This document shows, in pieces, positions 8,208 through 16,722 of a stretch of DNA of 26,632 nt (the first letter of the stretch is position 1; each line of letters starts with the position of its first letter). The notes beneath the pieces are model-generated. The model saw only the letters and a program-made list of their open reading frames with translations, did not search any database and had not been told where the DNA came from. The position numbers and the translations under genes were made by a program. The DNA is from an uncultured Actinomycetes bacterium (GTDB lineage: Bacteria; Actinomycetota; Thermoleophilia; UBA2241): the NCBI GenBank assembly GCA_963755025.1, contig CAVWIH010000022.1, forward strand, positions 1-26,632. The letters are read 5' to 3'.

Positions 8208-10355
8208 CTAGCCGGACACCCGCTCCTCGGGCACCACGAGCGGCGTGGCGTCCTGCGCCTCGACCTCCTGGCGCCACGCCACGCGCTTGCCGACCGCCGC
8301 GCGCACCTTCCAGCTGAGCGACTTCTCTTCGTCTTCGATCGCCGCGGCGACGGCGGTGACCCGCTCGTGGACGCGCGCCGTCTCCTGCTCGGAGAGGCCG
8401 TAGTCGCCCAGCCAGTCGAGCACGATCTGCAGGTTGGCCGTGACGTCGGTGTAGAGGCCCCAGTCGTAGGCGCAGGCCTCGGCGATGTAGCGCACGCAGA
8501 TCGACAGGTCGTCGTCGATCTCGCGCAGCGGCAGGTCTTTGAAGAGGGCGATGAGGTCGTGCACGTCTTTGCGGTTGATCGTGCCGATCTGCGCCTTGGA
8601 GATGAGCGTGTCGACCGGCGAGATGGCGTAGTCGTCCAGGTCGATGCGCCCGCGGATGTCGACCTCGTGGTCCATGCGCATGACGTCGAGAAAGACGTCG
8701 ACGTGGTCGACCAGAGGGCGGGCGGGCACCTTCAGGCGCTCACGCGTCGGCGACCGCTCTGGCGAGGTCGACCCTGCGGCGCCAGGCTCGACCGGGCGCT
8801 CTGGAGGCTTCGGGTCGTCTCCCCCGTCGGAACTCTCGGGCAAGGCCGCGTGCAGCAACGCCTCTTTTTTGACGAACTGCAGCTGCAGTCCTTTGGTCGC
8901 CTGGCTCACGTAGACGTTCTCGGCGTAGCCGAGATCGGTGAAGACGCCGTGCAGCGCCTCTCTCTGGCCGGAGAGGCCGACGAGGTCGATGTCGGAGTAC
9001 TCGCGGTCCATGAAGCCGAGGTCGACGCAGTGGCGGCGCACGGCGAGGCCGCCGGCAAGGCGCACGTCGACGCCGGCGCGCCGCGCCACGTCGACCATCG
9101 CCATGGCCTCGGTCATGAGGCGGTCGGCGAGGCGGTGCGGCGTTCTGTCCCAGCCCAGCTTGTGCGACGTGAGCGGCTCGCTCTCACGCGACTCGTCGGC
9201 CTCGCCGACCAGAGCCTCGATGGGGCCCTCGATGGCGTCGAGGATGGACGGGGCCACGTAGACGCGCGGGTGTCTCGTGCCCTCGATCAGGGTGATCAGC
9301 TCGCGACTCTCGAGGGCGCGCACGGCGCGGCGCGCGGTGCCGTCGCTCACCTGCAGCGCGCGCCGCACGTCGCGCACCGCGATGAAGGGCGACACGAAGA
9401 GCTCGTCGACGAGCACCGGCGGCGTGCCCTCGGCCGCGGCGCAGTAGCGCTCGCGCTGGCGCAGCAGCAGGCGTGCCTGGCCGCGGGCGCGCTCGGCCGT
9501 CTCGCGGACACCTTCGGCAAAGAAGAGCAGCCACGGCCGCCACTCGCCGTGGGTGCGCACGCGCTGCAGCAGGGTGTAGTACTCGCGGCGGTGCGCCTCG
9601 AGATAGGCCGAGAGATAGAGCAGCGGCTGCGAGAGCCGGCCGCGCGAGACGAGAAAGAGGACGATGAGGATGCGGCCCAGGCGCCCGTTGCTGTCGACGA
9701 ACGGGTGGATCGACTCGAACTGGGCGTGCGCCATGGCGCACTGCACGAGGTCGGGCAGCCGGTCCCGCTCGGCGAGGAACCCCTCGAGCCGGTCGAGCGC
9801 GGCGCTCATCTGCGGCACCGGCGGGGGCACGTAGGCCGCGGTGGCCAGCGTCGCGCCGGGCGGCCCGATCCAGTTCTGCGTGGTGCGGAACTCGCCGGGC
9901 GTCCTCGCCGCGGCCGCTTCGCCGTGCAGCAGGCGCTGGTGCAGGCTGCGCACGAGGGTCAGGTCGAGGGGCGACGCGGCGACGCACTCGACGCCGTAGG
10001 CCAGCGTGGCGAGCACGTTGCGCACCCCGCGAAGCTGGTCGAGGGGCGATCCGGCGGGCGCCGCGGCGATCTCGTCGAGCAGCACCTGCGTGAGGCTCAC
10101 GTCGGCGCCCTCGATGCGCGACGAGCAAAGGGCCTCCTGGCGCAAGAAGGGCGCCGCCATCGCCGTCGGGCTCGGCAGCTCCTCGGCGAGCCCGGACAGC
10201 GCGCCCAGGGCCGCATCGGCGCGCGAGAGCGCCACGGCCAGCTCCCTCGTGAAGGTCAGCCGCGGCGGCAGCGGCGCCGGCACAAAGGCGGAGTAGCCCT
10301 CGCGGCAGGCGACGATCCGCCCCGCCGCCGACGCCTTGAACTTGCTGGGGTCCAT
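8208..10355 (-). CDS. Fic-family protein (N-terminal inhibitory helix, C-terminal wHTH) fused to a nucleotidyltransferase-like domain, 715 aa
   Basis: Start ATG 10355 (MDPSKF...AFVPAPLPP); SSRIEG; PGEFRTTQNWIG; HPFVDSNGRLGR at 9672-9707; then AGGLAV...REYSDIDLVG, HVDVFLD and LISKAQI..INRKDVHD in the same frame. Confidence 0.8.
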   Translation of the reverse strand: MDPSKFKASAAGRIVACREGYSAFVPAPLPPRLTFTRELAVALSRADAALGALSGLAEELPSPTAMAAPFLRQEALCSSRIEGADVSLTQVLLDEIAAAPAGSPLDQLRGVRNVLATLAYGVECVAASPLDLTLVRSLHQRLLHGEAAAARTPGEFRTTQNWIGPPGATLATAAYVPPPVPQMSAALDRLEGFLAERDRLPDLVQCAMAHAQFESIHPFVDSNGRLGRILIVLFLVSRGRLSQPLLYLSAYLEAHRREYYTLLQRVRTHGEWRPWLLFFAEGVRETAERARGQARLLLRQRERYCAAAEGTPPVLVDELFVSPFIAVRDVRRALQVSDGTARRAVRALESRELITLIEGTRHPRVYVAPSILDAIEGPIEALVGEADESRESEPLTSHKLGWDRTPHRLADRLMTEAMAMVDVARRAGVDVRLAGGLAVRRHCVDLGFMDREYSDIDLVGLSGQREALHGVFTDLGYAENVYVSQATKGLQLQFVKKEALLHAALPESSDGGDDPKPPERPVEPGAAGSTSPERSPTRERLKVPARPLVDHVDVFLDVMRMDHEVDIRGRIDLDDYAISPVDTLISKAQIGTINRKDVHDLIALFKDLPLREIDDDLSICVRYIAEACAYDWGLYTDVTANLQIVLDWLGDYGLSEQETARVHERVTAVAAAIEDEEKSLSWKVRAAVGKRVAWRQEVEAQDATPLVVPEERVSG

Positions 10356-10501
10356 CGCGTTCGCCCTCGTTCTGCCGTCGCCGGAAGCCGCCGTCGCTGT
10401 CGCTACTCTACGCCGCCGCCTGCGGTGCGCGCCCGTGTTGCCGCAAGCGAAGCGAGCGGTCTGCGCGACCGCGGTCGGCGATGCCGTGACTCTGCGGGCG
10501 C

Positions 10502-11901
10502 CTACCGCGCCCGCTCGACCAGCGCGTCGAGCTGCCGGGCGGCGGCGTCGTCGAGGCGGTAGGCGGGCTCGCCGGCGCGCAGCTCGCGCGTCTTGGTGGC
10601 GGTGCGCTCGAGGAACGTGGCGGAGCCGGCCGCCGCCCACGCGTCGTGCGACTCGCGGCTGATCAGCTCGGGCCTGAACTGGTCGCGCAGGCGCTGCCGC
10701 GAGTACTTGCGCGCCAGGTGCGTGCCGCCCGGCCCGACGGCGGCGATCTCGTCGACCGCGAGCGACCCGGCGTCGATGGTCACGCCGCCGAGGTAGACCT
10801 TGGTGTAGCGCACGATCTCGTCCATGGCGACCATGGCCTCGTAGGAGGACGCCGTCCCGGAAGCGACGTAGCCGATGTCGTGCAGCAGCGTGACGCCGGA
10901 CATGGCGGCCGCCATCAGCGAGATGCCCGACTCGAAGGCCCACTGCTCGTCGAGCATGATGGAGTCGGAGCAGCCGCCGTTGCCGAACGACGGCAGCCCG
11001 TAGTGACGCGCGAGGTCGGCCGACGCCTGCTGGATGGCCCACTCTTCGGGGCCGCAGTACACGATCAAGCCCGGTGCGCGGGTTCATCCAGCCCTGGGCG
11101 ACGCCGTAGACGAAGGGCGCTCCCGGGTTGGCCAGTTGGGCGATCACGAGGCCGCTCAGCATCTCGGCGTTGCTGACCACGAGGAACCCGACCGGCGAAG
11201 CCGGCGCCGTAGCGCCCTGGAGCAGCGCCGTGGCGTACACCATGGGAATGCCCAGCTCGGCGCAGCGCACGAGCCGGTCGGCCGACCTGGCCCCGTGCAG
11301 AAGGGGCGGCGTGGGCATGGCGTACATGGCCCAGCTGTCGGCCGCGCCGCAGACCGCGGCCATCTCGTTGAAGAGGTCGAGATGCGCGGCGTCTTCGGGC
11401 ACCATGATGAGCGGCTTCGAGGTGCCGCGCAGCATGGCGGCGAACTGGGCGACCGGAGCGAGGCTGGCCGGTAGCTCGTGCGGGTGCGACCATCGACAGC
11501 ACGAAGTCGATGCCGGGCAGCTTCTCCTGGAGGGCGGCCATGGCCTCGACGTCGGCGAGCGTGCCGGTGCGGCGGTCTCGGGCGCCGGGACCGAGCACGT
11601 AGATGCAGTCCGAGCCGGTGCCGTAGTACACGGCGCCCGACTCAAGGCGCAGCGCCGCGCTCTCGCCGCGCGAGGCCACGCTCACGCTGCGCGGCGCCAG
11701 GGCCAGCGCCTCGTCGACCAGCTGTCGCGGCATGCGCACCCGGGAGCCCTCGACCTGCGCCCCGGCCTTGCCGAGCAGAGCCAGCGCCTTGTCGTGGTGC
11801 ACGTCGACGCCGGTGCCCTCGAGCACGGCGAGGGTCGCCTCGTGGACCTCGGTGCAGCCACGCTCGTCGAGCGCGACGGTGCGGAGTGGGTACTGCGTCA
11901 C
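10502..11901 (-). pseudogene. MttB-superfamily (trimethylamine/quaternary amine:corrinoid) methyltransferase, non-pyrrolysine, split by two +1 frameshifts (possibly sequencing errors)
   Basis: EVHEATLAVLEGTGV, YYGTGSDC, GATAPASPVG.LV.SNAEMLSGLVIAQL.NPGAPF, ARHYGLPSF..GGCSDS..LDEQ, LLHDIGY lie across three frames. Span 1400 = 466 codons + 2; shifts at ~11487-11490 and ~11066-11069. Confidence 0.85.
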
Positions 11902-11981
11902 GTGGTGCCTCCTGGTCGTCAGCCGGTCGGTCGCCGATCGGTCGCTGAAGGTCGTGGTGGCCCGGGCGCGGCATGCCGCGC

Positions 11982-12122
11982 CGCGCGCGGTCCGGGCGCT
12001 TGCCGGTCCCCGTGCGATCCAGCCGCTTGCCGTTCCCGTGCGATCCGGCCGCTTGCCGTTCCCCGTGCGATCCGGCCGCTTGCCGTTCCCCGCGCGATCC
12101 GGGCGCTGGCGCGCCGTTCCCC
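11982..12122. repeat. About five tandem 26-31 bp copies of CCCGTGCGATCCGGCCGCTTGCCGTT(C)
   Basis: Three near-identical central copies plus degenerate flanking copies, with no spacers; lies upstream of the mttB-like start. Confidence 0.85.
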
Positions 12123-12124
12123 GG

Positions 12125-12170
12125 AACTTAGTCTTGTACTAGTATATCGTTGTCAAGTCATACAGGACAG
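12125..12170. promoter_or_regulatory. AT-rich divergent promoter/operator region
   Basis: TACTAGTA palindrome at 12137-12144; imperfect inverted repeat GTCTTGTA (12131) / TACAGGAC (12161); TTGACA and TATACT hexamers on the minus strand, but spaced non-canonically. Confidence 0.5.
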
Positions 12171-12190
12171 ACCCGTCGAGCGCGGCTGCT

Positions 12191-12220
12191 TTGACGAGGC
12201 AACGAGAGCTCGGCTACAGT
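12191..12220 (+). promoter_or_regulatory. Sigma70-type promoter for the XRE-cupin gene (near-leaderless)
   Basis: TTGACG-N18-TACAGT, with ATG 8 nt after the -10 hexamer. Confidence 0.55.
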
Positions 12221-12228
12221 GCGGAGCG

Positions 12229-12840
12229 ATGCCCGCCCGGAACCCCCAACACGAGAGCGTCGGCGCCGACCCGGGTGACCGGTGGCCGGCCAAGCTCGTC
12301 GGCGGCCGCCTGCGCGACGCCCGCCGGGCGCTGGGCCTTACGCTCGCCGACGTCGCCGGCCCGGCCGGCTTCACCAAGTCGTTCATGAGCGCCGTCGAGC
12401 GCGGCGAGACCGCGCCGTCGATCGGCTCGCTGTACGCCATCTGCGGCGTGCTCGGCATCAGTATGTCGGCCCTGTTCGAGACGGAGGCCGCGCCCGACGC
12501 CAACGTGGTCCGGCGGGGCGACGTGCGCGCCGTCTCGTTCGGCGGACAGGGCGTCGACAACTACGTCCTTTCGCCCCACGGCGAGCGCCGCGCCCAGATC
12601 ATCGAGACGCACATCGCCCCGGGCGGGTCGCCGGGGCCCGAGCCCTGGTCGCACCTGGGCGACCTCGTCATGGCGACCGTGCTCGAGGGCGCCGTCGAGT
12701 TCCGCTTCGACGACGGCGCGAGGGTGCTGCGAGCGGGCGACACCATCGCCTACTCGCCGGCCGAACCGCACTCCTGGGTCAACCCCGACGACAAGCTCCC
12801 CGCGGTCGCCCTGTTCTTCGCGATGCCGGCGGAGTACTAG
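12229..12840 (+). CDS. XRE-family HTH + cupin transcriptional regulator
   Basis: LRDARRALGLTLADVA...KSFMSAVERGETAPSIGSL; cupin VLEGAVEF...LRAGDTIAY...PHSWVN. Confidence 0.9.
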   Translation: MPARNPQHESVGADPGDRWPAKLVGGRLRDARRALGLTLADVAGPAGFTKSFMSAVERGETAPSIGSLYAICGVLGISMSALFETEAAPDANVVRRGDVRAVSFGGQGVDNYVLSPHGERRAQIIETHIAPGGSPGPEPWSHLGDLVMATVLEGAVEFRFDDGARVLRAGDTIAYSPAEPHSWVNPDDKLPAVALFFAMPAEY

Positions 12841-12879
12841 CCGCGCATCGGGCCCTCTCTCCCGAAGAGCCCACGTGGC

Positions 12880-13464
12880 TCAGTGCAGTGGCTTGCCCTG
12901 TGCGAGCATCTCGAGGATGGCCTGCATCCTCTTCTCGCGGGTCTCGGGCTTCTTCGCCGTCTGCAGACGCCAGGCGATCGCGTAGAGGTTGGCTCTGTTC
13001 AGGGTCGCGAAGAAAGCAAGGGCCTGTTCGTTCTCGCTGAGACGCTCGAGGAAGTCGCGGGGAACAGTCATCGCGCTTTGAGCATCGTAGGCGTCGTTCC
13101 AGCGACCATCCGCCTTGGCCGCCTCCACCTGCTTGAGCCCGAAAGGCGTCATCCGGCCCTCTTCAATGAGCTGAGCGACGCGTTCACGATTGCGCTTGGA
13201 CCAGAGGCTCTTCGGTCGCCGTGGCGTGAATCTCTGCAGCCATGACTTCTCGTCGTACGTCTGCTTCTGACCGTCGATCCACCCGAAGCACAGCGCTTCG
13301 TCGAGCGCCTCGGCATAGGTCACCGTGCGCATTCCTGAATCATTCTTAAAGATGCGCAGCCGTACACCGTCTGAACGCGCGTGGTTCTCGCAAAGCCACC
13401 GCCGCCACTCCCCGGCGCTGGTAAATGACTCTGTCGGGAGCTGCTTCTGTGTCACGGTCGGCAC
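12880..13464 (-). CDS. YdeI/OmpD-associated family protein
   Basis: WRRWL.ENH, EALDEALCFGWIDG, RFTPRRPKSLWSKRN, AAKADGRW..AY, AKKPETREKR. Confidence 0.9.
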   Translation of the reverse strand: MPTVTQKQLPTESFTSAGEWRRWLCENHARSDGVRLRIFKNDSGMRTVTYAEALDEALCFGWIDGQKQTYDEKSWLQRFTPRRPKSLWSKRNRERVAQLIEEGRMTPFGLKQVEAAKADGRWNDAYDAQSAMTVPRDFLERLSENEQALAFFATLNRANLYAIAWRLQTAKKPETREKRMQAILEMLAQGKPLH

Positions 13465-13731
13465 AACCTCCCGTCCTCGCCCCGCTCATCTGGGGGCCGC
13501 GCTGGCGGTGCGTCGACCGGCGTCTCGAACTCACACCGGGGTCTGAGTGTCGGGCCGCCCAAGCGACGACCTTGCTTGGCGCTGGTCGCGAGTGCAGTAG
13601 ACCGGCGCCGCCACGGTTCGGTGGTCACTCCGCAAGGGTATCGCAAACACAAGGCAACGCAGATTCGGAGGGCACCATCCGCACCACCGGGGGCCGAGGA
13701 AGCTGCTCCCGGGTCGTGACAACTGGGCGGT

Positions 13732-16722
13732 ATGGTGGCGCGTTTGCTCTACAGACTCGGCAGGTTGGAAGCGGCACATCCAGTGCTCGTGCTGATTGTC
13801 TGGGCGGTCGTCGTGGTGGCTGCGGTCGGGGCGCTCAGAGCCGTCGGCGCCAAGACGAACAACGATCAATCGCTCCCCGGGACCGGCAGCCAGCATGCCG
13901 TCGATCTGCTGGCGAAGAGCTTCTCGCCACAACAGAACGGGACCAGCCCGATCGTCTTCCACGTCACGCACGGCAAGCTGACGGATGCCGCGAACAAAGC
14001 AGCGATCGACGCCTCGTTCACGGCGATCAAGAAGCAGCCGCACGTCTACAGCGCGGTGAACCCCCTCACCCAGCAGGGTCAGGGCTACCTCAGCAAGGAC
14101 GAGCGCACCGCCTTCATCCCCGTGCTCATGAACGTGAGTTCGGGAGACCTCACCGAGAGGATGGCGGCGCGAGTGCTGGCGGCAGCCCGGCCGGCCCGCG
14201 AAGCGGGGATGCAGACGGCGGCCGGAGGCCCCATCGGCAGCGCGCTCTCGCAGCCGGCGACGGAGACGAGCGAGCTGATCGGCCTCGCCTTCGCCATGGT
14301 CATCCTGGCGCTGACCTTCGGCACGCTCGTGGCCATGGGCATGCCGATCATCAGCGCCGTCATCGGTCTGGCCGTCGGCCTGAGCCTGGTGGGCCTGGCC
14401 GGGCACCTCTTCAGCATCCCAAGCGTAGGCACGACCATCGCGATCATGATCGGCCTCGGCGTCGGCATCGACTACGCACTGTTCATCGTCTCACGGCATC
14501 GCGCCAATCTTGCCGGCGGAGTGCCGGTGCGCGAGTCGATCGCGCGCACCGTGGCCGGCGCGGGCAGCGCCGTCCTCTTCGCGGCGACGACGGTGATCAT
14601 CGCGCTGGTCTCACTGACCGTCGCCGGCATCCCGCTGGTAGCGTCGCTCGGTTACGCGGCCGCATTCGCCGTGATCACGGCGGTGACGGCCGCGACAACG
14701 CTCCTGCCGGCCATCCTGTCGCTGCTGGGGACCCGCCTCGACTCGCTCAAGCTACCGGCGTTCCTGCGGGGCAAACGGCGCGAGGGACCCGGCATCTGGG
14801 GTCGCTGGGCTTCGTGGGTCACCCGGCATCCCGTCTGGGCGGCTTGCGCCGCCCTTGTAATCATGATCCCGCTCGCGGTCCCGGTATCCTCGCTCACGCT
14901 GGGCCAGGAGGACATCGGCGTCACGCCGACGTCGACTACGGAACGCCAGGCCTTCGACCTCATCTCCGCCGGGTTCGGACCAGGCTACAACGGCCCCCTG
15001 CTGGTGGCGACGTCTCTCACGCCGGCGGCCCGGCAAAGCGCCACGTACACCAAACAGCACAACGAGGCGACGAGCCTGCAGAAGAGCATCACGGCGCGGC
15101 AGAAGAGTCTGCAGCAGCAGGCAAACGCGCTGCAGGCCGAGAAGGCGGCGCTGCAGCGCCAGCAGGCGCAGCTGCTGAGCGAGAAGCAGTCCCTCCAGCG
15201 CCAGCAGGCGACGCTGGCCGCCCAACGCGCCGGTCTCCGCCGGCAAGCCGACTCCCTCCTCGCAAAGTTGAGGCCACTCGTCAGACGGCTCGCACTCCTG
15301 CGACTCCGCGAGGCGCGACTCCAGCGGGCCATCGATCGCAGCACGAACCCCGATCGGACCGCGAGCCTGCTTGACCGCTTGGGGAAGGTGCGAGATCAGG
15401 AAGCGATCGTGCGCGGCGAGCTGGCGCCGCTCGAGCGCCAGGCGAGGGTGCTCATTGCGGAGTTCCGGACGCTGGCGGCGCGGGCCGCGAGTCTGGCCGC
15501 GCAGGCAGCCAGGCTGGCCGCACAGGGCGACGCACTGCAGGCGCAGGCCGCGGCGCTGCAGCGCCAGGCCGCTGAGCTGCAGCAGCAGAAGAAGGCCCTC
15601 CAGGCAGATGCCGACCGGGCCAAGAAGCTGAAGCAGCAGCTGACCGAAGCGCTCACCAAGGCGGGCGGCGACCCTCGCGGCACCGACCCTCGCGTCGTCA
15701 AGCTGCAAGACGTTCTGGCGACCCCCGCCGGTGTGGCGGTGGTCTCGCCGCCGTCGATCAACAAGAGTGGCGACACGACGATCCTCAGCGTGATCGCCAC
15801 CACCCGACCGGCGGACTTGAAGACGGCCGCACTGGTGCGTCAGCTGCGCAGCTCGGTGATCCCGGGAGCGACCGAGCCCGGCGTCGTCGCCTACGTCGGG
15901 GGCAGCACCGCGGCCAATGTCGATCTCGCCGCCTTGATTGCGGCGCGCTTGCCGCTTGTCATCGCCACGGTCCTCGCGCTGAGCTTCCTCCTCCTGGTGC
16001 TGGCCACGCGCTCACTCCTGGTGCCCCTGCAGGCCGCACTGACCAACATGTTCTCCGTCGCGGCGTCGTTCGGAGTGCTGACGGCGGTGTTCCAATGGGG
16101 CTGGGGACTGCGCCTCATCGGCCTTGAGAACCCTTACGGCACCGTGCCGATCGCGAGCTACGTGCCGCTGATGATGTTCGCCGTGCTGTTCGGTCTCTCA
16201 ATGGACTACGAGGTCTTCCTGGTGAGCCAGATCGAGGAGGAGCATAGGGCGGGACACGCTCCTCGAGAAGCGATCGAAGCCGGTCTCGCGCGGAGCGCCC
16301 GCGTCATCACCGCTGCAGGTCTCATCATGATCTCGGTGTTCGGCAGCTTCGTCCTGAACGGCGACCCGATCGTAAAGCAGTTCGGCGTGGGCCTCTCGGT
16401 CGCCGTGCTGCTGGCGGCCGGCATGACGCTACTGCTGGCCCCCGCCATCCTCGTGCTGTTCGGACGCGCGTTGTGGTGGATGCCCCACGCGATCGGTGGG
16501 CTCCTGCCCGATCTGGGGCTGGAGGAGCCCGGCGGCTCACTGTCGCGCCCCGCCGCAGGGCCCGCCCCGGCATTCGCCGAGACGACGCCGGTCCCCGCGG
16601 GCAAGGCGTCAGGCGACGCCCGACCGCCGGAACACGAGGAGCCGGCGCCCGATGCACCCAAGGGCTCCACCGCCGGCGAAGAGGACGCACTAGGAGGGAA
16701 GAAGGGGCGCCGGGCGGCGTGA
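13732..16722 (+). CDS. MMPL-family (RND) transporter with long coiled-coil insertion
   Basis: Two MMPL repeats with GLGVGIDYALFIVSR and FGLSMDYEVFL; GFGPGYNGPL followed by a Q/A/L heptad region (~15040-15660). Confidence 0.92.
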   Translation: MVARLLYRLGRLEAAHPVLVLIVWAVVVVAAVGALRAVGAKTNNDQSLPGTGSQHAVDLLAKSFSPQQNGTSPIVFHVTHGKLTDAANKAAIDASFTAIKKQPHVYSAVNPLTQQGQGYLSKDERTAFIPVLMNVSSGDLTERMAARVLAAARPAREAGMQTAAGGPIGSALSQPATETSELIGLAFAMVILALTFGTLVAMGMPIISAVIGLAVGLSLVGLAGHLFSIPSVGTTIAIMIGLGVGIDYALFIVSRHRANLAGGVPVRESIARTVAGAGSAVLFAATTVIIALVSLTVAGIPLVASLGYAAAFAVITAVTAATTLLPAILSLLGTRLDSLKLPAFLRGKRREGPGIWGRWASWVTRHPVWAACAALVIMIPLAVPVSSLTLGQEDIGVTPTSTTERQAFDLISAGFGPGYNGPLLVATSLTPAARQSATYTKQHNEATSLQKSITARQKSLQQQANALQAEKAALQRQQAQLLSEKQSLQRQQATLAAQRAGLRRQADSLLAKLRPLVRRLALLRLREARLQRAIDRSTNPDRTASLLDRLGKVRDQEAIVRGELAPLERQARVLIAEFRTLAARAASLAAQAARLAAQGDALQAQAAALQRQAAELQQQKKALQADADRAKKLKQQLTEALTKAGGDPRGTDPRVVKLQDVLATPAGVAVVSPPSINKSGDTTILSVIATTRPADLKTAALVRQLRSSVIPGATEPGVVAYVGGSTAANVDLAALIAARLPLVIATVLALSFLLLVLATRSLLVPLQAALTNMFSVAASFGVLTAVFQWGWGLRLIGLENPYGTVPIASYVPLMMFAVLFGLSMDYEVFLVSQIEEEHRAGHAPREAIEAGLARSARVITAAGLIMISVFGSFVLNGDPIVKQFGVGLSVAVLLAAGMTLLLAPAILVLFGRALWWMPHAIGGLLPDLGLEEPGGSLSRPAAGPAPAFAETTPVPAGKASGDARPPEHEEPAPDAPKGSTAGEEDALGGKKGRRAA

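Noticed and set aside
8076-10562. Long antisense or alternate-frame ORFs (also 93-1211, 4596-5984, 5560-6921, 6711-8060, 13425-15374, 22700-23923)
   Set aside because: Shadow ORFs typical of high-GC DNA; they overlap recognisable genes and carry no motifs.
8208-11645. 1145 aa ORF joining an MttB fragment to Fic-NTase
   Set aside because: Produced by the mttB frameshifts running through a stop-free GC-rich frame. MttB ends at 10502 and Fic starts at 10355, with its own -10-like TAGAGT near 10405.
10502-11901. Pyrrolysine or selenocysteine read-through in the mttB-like gene
   Set aside because: The breaks are frameshifts, not in-frame TAG or TGA, and the Pyl-equivalent site is a sense codon.
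11982-12122. CRISPR array
   Set aside because: Repeats are contiguous, with no unique spacers and no cas genes.
12131-12158. dif site (TGTCAAGT resembles an actinobacterial XerD arm)
   Set aside because: No matching XerC arm; better explained as promoter/operator sequence.
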